A DNA stretch of 63,526 nucleotides, counting the filler, from Stramenopiles sp. TOSAG23-3 (lineage: Eukaryota), in assembly GCA_900128585.1 (NCBI GenBank). It is 12 parts of 12 records of this genome, joined end to end, with 100 filler letters (N's around TTAATTAATTAA, not from the genome) between each part and the next. Parts side by side here need not be neighbours in the genome. Positions count along the whole stretch, not along the records: positions 31,900 to 37,093 come from LT643581.1; positions 37,194 to 42,384 come from LT643582.1; positions 42,485 to 47,671 come from LT643583.1; 9 more parts are not named here. One strand, written 5' to 3'. Numbering within the stretch: the stretch's first letter is position 1; each line of letters begins with the position of its first letter. Position numbers and translations under genes: made by a program. Under the pieces are notes generated by a model. It saw only the letters and a program-made list of their open reading frames with translations. It did no database searches and was not told the origin of the DNA. This document shows, one piece after another, positions 33,570 through 44,222 of this stretch.

Positions 33570-36500
33570 TTACTCACCCTCCAACCTGTCCATGGCATTT
33601 ATATGCTCAAACGTCACAGCTGGATCCCGAGAACCATACTCAACGGCGACAACGTCGGAAAACCCTGACCGTGCCAAACTGTAAAACAATTGGTCTGGCA
33701 CCCGTAGCCGAAACTGCGCCCGGGTAATAGCAACGTACAGCATGTTCACTTCTTCCATGTCTACTGGGCGTTCCTCAAGGTCAATAAAATCAGGGGCGAT
33801 GAGAACAGCTGGAAATTCAAGGCCTTTTACTTTGTGAACCGTTCCTAAGCGAACGACGTTCGGTAACCCGGACGAAAGGTTTTCGCGTTCATGAGACTCC
33901 GACTCGGCAATTATATTTTGAAAACTCCGTACAATGACTTCGCTGCCAAACTGCCGGACGATTTCAAAACACCGCAGCAGCTCGCCATCAGACGTTTTTT
34001 GGGCGAAATCCAAAAGATCTGTGGGCCGCTTGAACAGTTTAAAGAATTTTCCGTCCACGTTCTCACCCCCCAGGAATTTTGCGACATTAATTGCCCGCGA
34101 GAAATTGTATCCTTTTGCCCCCGATACAAATACAAACGGGGTCCGGTCGTTCAAGAACGTCATCGCCACGTGCCACAGCGTTTGGTTTGTTCGTGCAACG
34201 ATGCAGTATGGCATAGTGCGCTGCGTAACTGGATGAGACCGCTCTGCGCCCGGCCATTCGTAAAACCTCTCTGCGGCGCAAAGGGATATTGCACTTTTTG
34301 TTGTGGTTCCCACGACACGACGAAGTCCACACGCACCGGCACCAATGCCATCTCTTTTGTATTTATGAAGCAAGAAATTGGCAAGCGCAGCGATTCTCCA
34401 CCCAAACCGAAAACTTTGAGTTAGCACGTAGTGTTTCGATGCCTTCCTGCTATCTCTCAGTTGTTTCAGGGTATTCTTGGCGCCCGTGAACGAGTAAATG
34501 CTTTGGTGTGAATCTCCTACTATGATTTTCCCACACTTTTGAGCCAAGACAATGCCTTGCACAACAGGACTGATGTCTTGCGCTTCGTCCACTAGTACAA
34601 TGTCGTAGGTACGGTCCAGGCGAGGGCGGCTCAGAGCATAAAGCTTCAAGTAACCGTTGTGAGTCATTGGGAAGGTGTGTGTTTTATTACACATCAGTTC
34701 TTGAAACACTATCTTGGAGGCAAGGATAGCAAGCCTGTTCAAATTTTCATTGGCGAGACCAGCTTCACCAGCGTAACAGTCCATCCAACTGACGGAGGCG
34801 TCACTACTGCAGTACTTGTTAATGGTCATGCACAAGGTGTTACAAAACTCGGGCGTAAAGAGTGACTTCCACCGTCCCCCATACGAGCCGTATCCCGGTG
34901 TCCCTTCGTTTTCCTTTAGTAACTTAACGATCTCGTCTTTGTGGGACGCAATGTGAGATACTTTCAAATCTGGCTTGAGTTTGTGAGCAAACCGGAACCC
35001 TACTTTCGCGTACGCCATGGAGTGTACAGACTTGACGTCCGTGTTCGGCGGAAACTGGGTCTTTGCATGGTCACGTATTGACACGTTGAAGACTAAGTAA
35101 AGCAGTCTTTTCGAGGGGTTTGCCCGCGCAAATGCCAGCAGTGTCGTCGTCTTTCCGGTCCCAGCAAACGCTTCGACGGTGACCAACTCGTTCTTACTAG
35201 ACACTTTAGCGTTCATAATTGCCAACTGCTCGTCCGTCATCAAGTTTGAATCCTGTCCAACCGCTTCGATGCCATGAACGGCACATTCCGCAGATTGGAG
35301 TACTGCATGCGAAAATACTTCACGTTTCAGCAGTACGACGTCTTGCATATACCTCATTTGACTTCGAAAGCCTTCTACTTGCTCCTCCCTACCCTGCTTC
35401 CACACAATATTGTAATCCCCTGTGCAAGTATTATCTTCCACGTGAAGGTTCAACAAAAACATCAGCGCGTACAAAAAATCGACGGCGATAAATCGTTCCT
35501 GGAACCCATCGACGATTTTATTGAACTTTGTGTTATTGGGTAAATGCTGGGATGTTGCAAGGGCCCTGACATATGTGTGCAACATGCCCGCTTCAGTATG
35601 CAACAGGCATACCGCCAACATTGCGGGGCCTTGAGGATCCGTGTTGGGAAGGGAAAAATTGTTGAACACTTCCTCAAATGCTTCGAGAACATCGGTGGCC
35701 TCGAACGAAACTTTTGTGGCAAACGTCCTATCCAAGTAAAGCATTATGCACCCAGGGCCTTCCTCTTGGTTAGGGACAAAATACAACCATTCCATATACA
35801 TCGGATCATGGCCCGGTATCCAATTTTTCCAACAATACAACGAACGATCGACAAACCTTTGCTTAACAGCTCTATGAAAAACCACGAAGTGAAACAGGTA
35901 CTTCCGGTCATCGAGGACGGCCTTAAACTGTTTGCAACACAGGCGTAGCGCCAAGAAGTCTCGGATTGATATTCTGTTTCCACAAACGAACAGGTGCTTT
36001 AAGACTTCGACTGGGAAATGATCCAACCGCAAACGTGTTGGAAGGGTCGCATCGGTGCCCGAAGAGCGAGCAGGCTGCTTTCGCTGAAACAGTGCCGACA
36101 ACGATTGCTGCTTTGGCCCCGTCTTTCGACGCAATCGTTCCCTCAACTCCTTTCGTTGCTTCATTTCACGCTTCTGTGCTTTCTCCATAGACGCTACCAA
36201 AGCTGCCGTTGCACCGCCAAAACGACGATGAACGCTGCGCGGCAAACACACCGTAATTACCAACGGAAAGTGAGACTGTTCGTAATCGTCCTCAAGCATC
36301 GTTTCAGTGGGGATGCGCGCAGTCACGGAAAACTTCCCCCTCCTGTCGGTGCGGCACGATGAGTCGTCCAAAAATTCGTGCAAGAACCCTGCCTCTGCTG
36401 CAGGAACATGCCCCAGTGGCTGGTTGGTATCTACATATATCACCAAAATCGCGTTTGAGTCGTACCTATTCTCCGGCTCGCGCTTCAGCAGGCAGTGGCT

Positions 36501-36845
36501 TGATTTACCAAGACACAAATCCGCTGCTCCACTGTGAAACTGGCAGCCTACAACTCGAGTTTTTAATTCAAAGCGCTCTTGACCAGGCTGACCCTTGGCA
36601 GCAGCCTTGGACACCTTTTCTGACTTTTCACCTGCACCAGCACTTCGTCTCAGTCCCCCAAGAAACGACAACAGGGTGTTTTTCTGCCCATTTTCGCCAC
36701 CTTTCCGTTTTGCCTGGACGGTTCGACGGTTCGGCTCTTTCGCTGATGCGTTCCTTGGCGTTGCCCCCCCCCGCTTCGCGTTTGAGGCCGGTTTAAACGT
36801 GACGGCGGGTTTGAACTCGGATGCTTTCCGGAATGGATTGCTCAT
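33570..36845 (-). CDS. FBH1: F-box DNA helicase 1-like UvrD helicase with N-terminal HIRAN domain
   Basis: HIRAN (TRVVGCQFH, LKREPENRYDSNAI, LGHVP). F-box (LDHFPVEVLKHLF...LRLCCKQF). SF1 motifs AFAGTGKT, LVDEAQD, VGDSHQSIYSF, LTQSFRFG, TVHKVKGLEF and LYVAITRA. Confidence 0.88.
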   Translation of the reverse strand: MSNPFRKASEFKPAVTFKPASNAKRGGATPRNASAKEPNRRTVQAKRKGGENGQKNTLLSFLGGLRRSAGAGEKSEKVSKAAAKGQPGQERFELKTRVVGCQFHSGAADLCLGKSSHCLLKREPENRYDSNAILVIYVDTNQPLGHVPAAEAGFLHEFLDDSSCRTDRRGKFSVTARIPTETMLEDDYEQSHFPLVITVCLPRSVHRRFGGATAALVASMEKAQKREMKQRKELRERLRRKTGPKQQSLSALFQRKQPARSSGTDATLPTRLRLDHFPVEVLKHLFVCGNRISIRDFLALRLCCKQFKAVLDDRKYLFHFVVFHRAVKQRFVDRSLYCWKNWIPGHDPMYMEWLYFVPNQEEGPGCIMLYLDRTFATKVSFEATDVLEAFEEVFNNFSLPNTDPQGPAMLAVCLLHTEAGMLHTYVRALATSQHLPNNTKFNKIVDGFQERFIAVDFLYALMFLLNLHVEDNTCTGDYNIVWKQGREEQVEGFRSQMRYMQDVVLLKREVFSHAVLQSAECAVHGIEAVGQDSNLMTDEQLAIMNAKVSSKNELVTVEAFAGTGKTTTLLAFARANPSKRLLYLVFNVSIRDHAKTQFPPNTDVKSVHSMAYAKVGFRFAHKLKPDLKVSHIASHKDEIVKLLKENEGTPGYGSYGGRWKSLFTPEFCNTLCMTINKYCSSDASVSWMDCYAGEAGLANENLNRLAILASKIVFQELMCNKTHTFPMTHNGYLKLYALSRPRLDRTYDIVLVDEAQDISPVVQGIVLAQKCGKIIVGDSHQSIYSFTGAKNTLKQLRDSRKASKHYVLTQSFRFGWRIAALANFLLHKYKRDGIGAGACGLRRVVGTTTKSAISLCAAERFYEWPGAERSHPVTQRTMPYCIVARTNQTLWHVAMTFLNDRTPFVFVSGAKGYNFSRAINVAKFLGGENVDGKFFKLFKRPTDLLDFAQKTSDGELLRCFEIVRQFGSEVIVRSFQNIIAESESHERENLSSGLPNVVRLGTVHKVKGLEFPAVLIAPDFIDLEERPVDMEEVNMLYVAITRAQFRLRVPDQLFYSLARSGFSDVVAVEYGSRDPAVTFEHINAMDRLEGE

Positions 36846-37195
36846 GATCGTTTAATTTCTTTCTTCGCTCATTTGGTAATATTCTATGCCTCCTGAGTTT
36901 TATTTCTAATTTCTACTATTTATTCGTATAAATAAGTAAATATATTCTTCTTCTTCTGCTTCTGATTATTTTATATATTTTATTATTATTTTTTTTGCGA
37001 AGTGTGATGATCTGCAAACTCGTACTCTATACTAAACAATGTAAACTAGAAAACAACTATAATCTACGTGTTACTCTTGACTCTCTTTAAAACNNNNNNN
37101 NNNNNNNNNNNNNNNNNNNNNNNNNNNNNNNNNNNNNTTAATTAATTAANNNNNNNNNNNNNNNNNNNNNNNNNNNNNNNNNNNNNNNNNNNNCC

Positions 37196-38626
37196 CCGAA
37201 GGCCAGCGGGACCAAGAAGAGCGGGTCCATCAGCATTGCGGACCTGAAGAAGATGCAGGCCGCTGCAAAAGCGAAGAAGGCCGCCGCCGAGGCGAAGGAT
37301 GACGAGGAGGACGTTACCCCGGAAATCGTGGACACGCCAGCGGAGGACGAGCCGACGGCGGCGACGGCGGCACGCGAAGCCAAGTCGGAACCGTCGACGG
37401 GCGCCGAAGGGGCAAGCACCGGCTCCGAAGGGGAGGAGACGGAAAAAGAGCCGAAAGCGACCAAGCCGGTGACGAAAGAAGTGTTGCTCTCTGGGTTGTC
37501 GGACGAGGAGGCGATGGGAAACTCCCAACGCCTGGAAACGAAACAAAAGTCGGCGGCGACGAAACTTTCCAAGATCACCAAGCGCCGCCAGCGCATGGAG
37601 CACTTGCTCGCGTCGATGCAGAGCCACATGTCCACGATGAAAACGGTGCTCGGGAACACCACGGAGGAACGGTTGCAAACCATGGAGCAGCGCCTGAACG
37701 AGCAGGAGAAGGAGACGGCGGACGTGAAGGTATCCATGAAGCAGCACATGGACAACACGAAAAAGACCATGGAAGAGAAAGTAAAAGAATTGGAAGAGAA
37801 GCTCGCGGGAGAGAAGGACAAAGAGTCGCGAGAGCGTGAGATTGCACGCAAACAGCTCGAGGAGTCAAAGGAAGAGGAGCTGGCTGTGGAGAAGCAGGCA
37901 CTCGCGTTGAAGCAGGAGAAGGAGAATAAGGCGGCCGAAGCTGCCGACGAAGACGAGAAAATCGGCGCGTTGAAGAAAGAGCTGAATGCTACCAAACAGG
38001 AAGCCGCCATGGACTACAAGCTGGCAGTAAAAGAAGCGGAAAAGGTAGAATTGGCGAAGGAAAAGGAAGCAGGAGAGTCGGAGAAACTTAAAAAAATGGA
38101 ACAGTCCAAAGCGAAGGAAGCAGCCGAGGAGGCCGAGAAGAAGAAGGAGGAAGAGAAAAAACAGAAGGACGCAGAAAGCGATGGTTTAGACGACGACGAA
38201 GATTCAGTTAGTAAGGCGACAGTAGAGAAGGACGACGACGACGACGACGCGTCGCTCGGCGAGGACGATGACGCGGCGGGGGCAACCGGAGCTACCGCCA
38301 CCGCAGCAGCAGCCACCGGCGAAGGGAGCACCGGATCGTCCGGGGGCGAAGAGGATAGTGGGACCGAGGAGGAAACGGGGGGGGAAAGTGGGGCCACCGA
38401 GGAGGAAAACGAGAGCGGGGCTGACCCCGAGGAGGAAAGCGAGAGCGGGGCAGCTGAAGAAGGTAGTGAAAATAGTAGCAGTGGCAGCAGTGGGGCCTCC
38501 AGCGGCGAGAGCGCGGCAGCCGAAGAAGGAAGCGAAAATAGTAGCAGTGGCAGCAGTGGGGCCTCCGGCGGTGCAACTGGTGCCTCTGGGGCAACTGGCG
38601 AGAGCGAGGAGGCGGATGAGGATTAA
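37196..38626 (+). CDS. 5'-partial acidic coiled-coil protein with GATG-type low-complexity tail
   Basis: Long E/K/A-rich ORF open from the contig edge. 33-bp duplication (ENSSSGSSGAS) at 38468 and 38534. ATGATA and GATGASGATG tracts. Confidence 0.8.
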   Translation, partial: PKASGTKKSGSISIADLKKMQAAAKAKKAAAEAKDDEEDVTPEIVDTPAEDEPTAATAAREAKSEPSTGAEGASTGSEGEETEKEPKATKPVTKEVLLSGLSDEEAMGNSQRLETKQKSAATKLSKITKRRQRMEHLLASMQSHMSTMKTVLGNTTEERLQTMEQRLNEQEKETADVKVSMKQHMDNTKKTMEEKVKELEEKLAGEKDKESREREIARKQLEESKEEELAVEKQALALKQEKENKAAEAADEDEKIGALKKELNATKQEAAMDYKLAVKEAEKVELAKEKEAGESEKLKKMEQSKAKEAAEEAEKKKEEEKKQKDAESDGLDDDEDSVSKATVEKDDDDDDASLGEDDDAAGATGATATAAAATGEGSTGSSGGEEDSGTEEETGGESGATEEENESGADPEEESESGAAEEGSENSSSGSSGASSGESAAAEEGSENSSSGSSGASGGATGASGATGESEEADED

Positions 38627-38915
38627 AACTGCCTCGCCCCGCTCCTCTTTTGTTTTTCCACATTTAAAAAAAAAACATTTTTTTAAAACGAGGTGCCACA
38701 GCCGTATTTAAACCACACCAAGAGTATGCGTGTTGAAACTTAAAAAAAAAAATAAAATTTTGATTTTTGAAAAAGGAAATATAGTAATCAAACTTCGCTC
38801 TCGTAAGCACAGATTTTAATTACACTTCTTCTCTCTCTGTACTCGCCATCACTCTGGGCCGCAAACAAACTTTTTGCTTCCGAGGCCCACAGGAAAGCAG
38901 GCTTAAAGTGTTTTT

Positions 38916-39920
38916 TTATGCGGAAGTCGATACCACCTTTTTGCCCGAGTGTAGGACAAATCGTTGAGCAAGTATTTCCACTGGGTCAACAAGCATAACT
39001 CTTCTCCTTTTGGGCAGTAACCCAAGGCCTTTTTCGTCGACAGCTGGGAGAACAGGCGCTTCCGTGTAGACACCCGATGGCAACGCCAGGGGAAGTTCCG
39101 TGCACCCCAGGACCACAACGTCTGCACCCCCCGTTTGTACCAGCCAGTCTGCACACTGCTTGCAGATATCGACTGCAGTTTTGGAGACGGGCGAGCTTTT
39201 CGCTTTGATCCCGAACGATTTGTCGTATATCGCCCGGGTAAGATCGTCTTGAAGGCTGCCTGGGATGCAAACAACGTCCATGTTTTTATCCCCAAACTTG
39301 CTGTGGTACACCCTTGTGTTCCTGGTCCCTTCCGTAGACATCAGGCCCACTCGAAGACGGCGGTCCAAGCCCAGCCCTCCCGCTGTTGCATTTGCAGCGA
39401 TATGGTCAACGGTGGCATCGATCATATTGACAATACACACTTCCAGGCCTTTTTCGCCCTCTAGAAATGCATGGATCTGCCCAGTAAAGTTCGACCATAT
39501 CAAAGGGGCGTGGAAGGTGTTGCACGGGACGCCGACGACCAGTTTCTTGGTGTCGACTTTTTGCACGGAGTGGAACACCGAGCGAAAGGCTTGAAACGCC
39601 CCGTTCGCAGGGTTGTTTGCGGCATGGTGCAGGGAGTCGCTCTGCAGCAAAAACGACGTCCGGTCGTCGATTCTATTGCTGGCCGAGATATGATGAACAG
39701 GCAGATGGTCTTGGTCAGTGCCGTTGGTGTCGGTCAACGAAATAATTTTCTCGTGAAGCTTCACACCAGCCATAGGCCCTACCCCACCGATGATGCCGCA
39801 GACGACATCGGCCGGAGCTGTGCGTAAGATCGTAGAGTTCATGTTTGTTCGATAATGTGATTTTGCAAGTTCTTTTTGAGTTTTTGGTTGAGAAGTTTCG
39901 CCATTCCTAAAACTTGTCAT
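38916..39920 (-). CDS. PLP-independent aspartate/glutamate racemase family protein
   Basis: GIIGGVGPMAG, DQDH, IDDRT, catalytic PCNTFH and LGCTELP, C-terminal VDP. Intronless. Confidence 0.92.
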   Translation of the reverse strand: MTSFRNGETSQPKTQKELAKSHYRTNMNSTILRTAPADVVCGIIGGVGPMAGVKLHEKIISLTDTNGTDQDHLPVHHISASNRIDDRTSFLLQSDSLHHAANNPANGAFQAFRSVFHSVQKVDTKKLVVGVPCNTFHAPLIWSNFTGQIHAFLEGEKGLEVCIVNMIDATVDHIAANATAGGLGLDRRLRVGLMSTEGTRNTRVYHSKFGDKNMDVVCIPGSLQDDLTRAIYDKSFGIKAKSSPVSKTAVDICKQCADWLVQTGGADVVVLGCTELPLALPSGVYTEAPVLPAVDEKGLGLLPKRRRVMLVDPVEILAQRFVLHSGKKVVSTSA

Positions 39921-41290
39921 TTTTCAAAGCATTTAATTTGCACGATTTGTATCTTCGTGCACAACAATAACACATGAATACGACGATAGTTTATTAACGC
40001 GTAACTCAGACTAAAACAGGAAGAATAAAGTGCTGCTGCTGCTAGTATCGTCCCAATACTGCTAGACCTACTTACCTACTATTTACTATCATCTAATATT
40101 TAAGTTCTTTTCATATGATATTCAGTATAATCCTTCTATCTATTATTTATAATTCGCTCCTAGAAACCTTCTTCTTCCTCTTCTATTCTTTTTTTAAGAT
40201 TCTTATTCATTCTATTCTTTATTTATTATAATTTTGGACTAACTATCATATGTTACCTCTTCTGATAGAAACCTTCTTTCTATATATATTTTATAGTAGA
40301 CCTAATATAATGTAAGGTATTTTAATTAAAACCAAGTATAATACCTGTAGGAATTATGCCTGTGTGGGTATATTATATTATATATAATACCTGTAGGTTA
40401 ACCTAACCTAACCTTATCTAAATTATAATGTCGTCCATTATGACATTAATATTAATACCAGTTGTCTAGAGGAGAGACCAGACCAGACCGACTAGAATAA
40501 TCAGTCTAAATTATACTTAATTTTAATATTATATAGAGAAACAAAGATACATGAATACAAAACTCAAACGATGAAAGAAGTAACGCTTTTCCAATTCTTA
40601 TGCTCTGTGTATATACTATATTATCCAATTGTATACAATACTATTCCTGTCCTATTTCTACCTTCAATTTGAATTTTATTTTACATTATAAATTTCCTAT
40701 GGTATTATTCTATTTTAATACATATATAAGTACAATATAATTAAAATAGGAGAGGCCAGCATTGTTAGAGCGTAGAATTCAAAACGTTGTTTGTAACCCT
40801 TTCTAATTCATTAAAATGTAATAAGGATTAATGTTATAATAATAATAATATACATTTCATTTTAAACAATAGATAAAACACATTTTGGTGTCATATACTT
40901 ACTTATAAAAATAATAAATACCTTATTTTATTTAGAAATAGAAAACTGAATTCAAATATTCAAAAAATAAACATCATTCATCATAAAAAAAGAATAATCA
41001 TCTAATCATTACATACCCCATCCCCAGGTGGTGACAATACTACTACTCTACAAAAAATAATAATTAAAATAATAAATAATGTTAACTCTAGTAGAGAGTA
41101 ATTTAAAATGCATTTATCAATGGGTGCAACACGCGCTTGTTCGTTCACAATCGATCAAATAGAAAAGAAAGACACCGAAACAAAACAATTTTTAACAAGA
41201 TCACAAAATACAAACAGGCGGACGGACGCACTTAAGAAAGTATTCTTCCCTTCCCCCCTTTACGAATTCAACCTACCGTCGATCGTCACC

Positions 41291-42283
41291 ATGCACGGCA
41301 AATTGTATTCATCCTTTGACCGAGTGGCAAAAAAGACAAACGGGTTGACACCCCTGCAGCGAAAACCAAAGCGGAACCAGAAATATGCGAACGTCAAAGG
41401 TACCCTGGACACTGGGAACTCTTTTAGCAAAGTCAAATTGATCTCGTCCAGGGAGTACATTCGAAAGCGGGACGAACTGTTCAAACGCGTGCGCCCCTTG
41501 ACCGTGTTTGAGCTTGTCCAGGAGAACGAGGACCAGAAGGAGTCCATCATGAACCTTGGGGACTCCGTGGACGACCCAACGGTCGCCGTGTCCCCGGCTC
41601 GCCGCAACAACCAAGGATCTATGCAAGGCGTGCTCGGCGGAAGCCCGGGCAGCCCGTCCGGGTCACACCACGTCGTCGTAGATGCAAAAAAAGACACCAA
41701 GTTTTCCAGGCCATACTTATTGCTGGACACGAGGGAGGCCGTAGAGGATTACAACGTTTGCCGGGTCAGCACCGCGACGCATTACCCAGTAGACTGGTTG
41801 CGCCACGACAAAATCACCCCCGCCTTGTTCCACTACAAGAACAAGGACGGGAAGGTCATCGTGTTGTACGCTTTGGACGACCGGAAAGGGCGCACGACGG
41901 CGAATCAGTTCGTAGAAAAAGGGTTCGATAATATATTCTTGTTGACTGGTGGGCTCGAAGCTTTCATCAAAGAATACCCACAGATGGTGGAAGGGAGCCT
42001 GCCCGACGAGGCCGGCATGGACGCGCAGCTGCGGGCATCGGCGCGGCGTGCAACGAACGGGAGCAACTCGCGCGCCCACAGACCGCCGCTTGCGCCCGGA
42101 AACAACAAGTTAAACTCGAACGGGCTGACGCGCAAGAATATCGCAAAAGCAGGGTTCGCGACCCCAGGGCGAAGTGGGCGCCACACCGCAAGGATTAGTA
42201 ACGATGAGGCTGCAAGTGTTGCCCCGTCCAACTTGAGCACAATGTCGCGCACCGAAAGTCTGTTGAACTGGAACAAAAAGTAA
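41291..42283 (+). CDS. CEP41: Centrosomal protein CEP41 (inactive rhodanese-like domain)
   Basis: KYANVKGTLDTGNS, ELFKRVR, PYLLLDTR, YKNKDGKVIVLY and EKGFDNIFLLTGGL. An upstream in-frame ATG at 41108 is also possible. Confidence 0.88.
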   Translation: MHGKLYSSFDRVAKKTNGLTPLQRKPKRNQKYANVKGTLDTGNSFSKVKLISSREYIRKRDELFKRVRPLTVFELVQENEDQKESIMNLGDSVDDPTVAVSPARRNNQGSMQGVLGGSPGSPSGSHHVVVDAKKDTKFSRPYLLLDTREAVEDYNVCRVSTATHYPVDWLRHDKITPALFHYKNKDGKVIVLYALDDRKGRTTANQFVEKGFDNIFLLTGGLEAFIKEYPQMVEGSLPDEAGMDAQLRASARRATNGSNSRAHRPPLAPGNNKLNSNGLTRKNIAKAGFATPGRSGRHTARISNDEAASVAPSNLSTMSRTESLLNWNKK

Positions 42284-42484
42284 AATAAACGTTACATATT
42301 AAACAAAACAAAGGGGTACATAAAGTATATACGCTTTTCATATTTCATGTAAAACATCGATGAGATTTAAATGTTTTTTTTAGGNNNNNNNNNNNNNNNN
42401 NNNNNNNNNNNNNNNNNNNNNNNNNNNNTTAATTAATTAANNNNNNNNNNNNNNNNNNNNNNNNNNNNNNNNNNNNNNNNNNNN

Positions 42485-42660
42485 AAAAGAAGTAAAAAGA
42501 AGAAAGAAGAAGAGGAAGAAAAAAAAAGAAGAAGATAAATATAATATTATAAAGAAAGAAGAAAGAAGAAAGAAGAAAGAAGAAGAAAGAAGAAGAGGAA
42601 AGAAGAAAGAAGAAGAAGAAAAGAAGAAGAAGAAGAAACTGAAAGAGAAGAAAAAAAAAG
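42485..42660 (+). repeat. (GAA)n purine microsatellite
   Basis: Degenerate GAA/GAAA run. Confidence 0.95.
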
Positions 42661-42976
42661 TTCGTTAATAATTTTAATTTGCATAATAATTATTAGTTCT
42701 GATAAGCTGCTCTGTTGTGTCTCTTCTAGTATTATTATTTATTATTTTTTTGGTGGTGGTTCGTTTTTAATATATTATTATTGGTATAAACAAGAAGAAG
42801 AAACACCACTTCTTCTTTTTTGATTGATCTATTTGTGTAACCTAACAAAAGGTTGCAAATTATATCACGTAGAATTTCAATTCCATTCCATTCCCTATTC
42901 ATCAACAAATAAATTTTAATAATTCTACTTTCGTTTTCTTATTTCATTTTTACAAACACCACCACGTCAACAAGAT

Positions 42977-43366
42977 ATGTTTGGGCTAACACACCTTGAG
43001 CTTGTGGAATCGGTTGCGGGTGGGTTTTACTGCTACTCGTTGGGGTTCAAAACGGAGAGTTGGCTTGCGGAAAACATCACTGCGACAGCGACGCCGTCGA
43101 TGATCTACCTCACCCAGCTATGTGGCATCCTATGCCTCGGCCTTCGCTTGAACATACACGCGGTGCGAGCGAACGGGGCGAAAGCTTTGTTTGGGTTGAA
43201 CATGAACTGGTGGGTAACGTTGGTTTGGGGACTCTGCGCCTACCTCAACTACAACAACCAGGACCTCATGACCGACGCTGGCCAAATGAACACGTACGTC
43301 TGTGGCACCTTTGCGGGCGCATTTTCCCTTGCCGCGATGGGAGTCATTAAACTAAAAGCAGAATAG
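42977..43366 (+). CDS. Small multi-pass membrane protein (129 aa), unknown
   Basis: GC-rich ATG ORF in AT-rich context with about four hydrophobic segments. Confidence 0.7.
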   Translation: MFGLTHLELVESVAGGFYCYSLGFKTESWLAENITATATPSMIYLTQLCGILCLGLRLNIHAVRANGAKALFGLNMNWWVTLVWGLCAYLNYNNQDLMTDAGQMNTYVCGTFAGAFSLAAMGVIKLKAE

Positions 43367-43441
43367 ACGACCTGGCGGCAAAACCTGTTCACGATTACAA
43401 CAACTCTATATATTCTTGCAACGGAAAGATCGTAACGTAAA

Positions 43442-43472
<31 letters not shown>

Positions 43473-44222
43473 ACTTCTTCTTCCACCGCCGAGTAATATT
43501 GTACTTGAAAACATTCATTTGTATTCTAATACGACAAAATACCTATCTAAATAAAAACAAAAACCATTCTATACTTAAGACATAAATGACTACCAACATT
43601 ATCCTATCATTTACCATACAACATATATACACCATTGTAATAATACCCTATTTATATATTTAATTAACTACACTATATAACGTATACTAAAAAAGAAGGA
43701 AGCGATTTCATTCTTCGCTTCGAAACGAAAAAAGTGGGGAAAAAGATATCTATGCTGTGTGTATGTATATATTATTAATCCTTCACTGTGTTTATGTTGT
43801 TCGAGTTGTAATGAATTTTTTTTCATTCAATTCAATGCTCTGTTTATCTTATTTCATGTTAATAGTTTTCGGTTACTATTTTTAGGAAAGTAGTCAAATT
43901 TATTAAGTACAACTAAAATGATAGAATTAGATGCTATAGGATGTTAATAATTAGTATATGAAAAAACATGTCCTATTTGAAGGATTATTATTATTATTTA
44001 TTTAAAAAAAAAGATTTTTTTTCAAGGAAGGAAGGAAGGGATCGTTTGGTTTGATATTTCAGATTGGTAAGGTTGGGAGTATAGACCGTCGGCTACGTAC
44101 GAAGGATGAGAGAATGGGTTCGAAAGAGTTGCCGGAGCCTGGAATAGTTTTCTGTTGTAAGGAAAAATAGTATAGTTGGAAGACCATACATAGATAGACG
44201 ACGACGACGACGATTGACGACC

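Noticed and set aside
37138..38663. Long antisense and alternative-frame ORFs over GC-rich genes (also 1783-2721, 45364-46464, 46788-47519)
   Set aside because: Shadow ORFs expected opposite low-complexity or GC-rich coding sequence.
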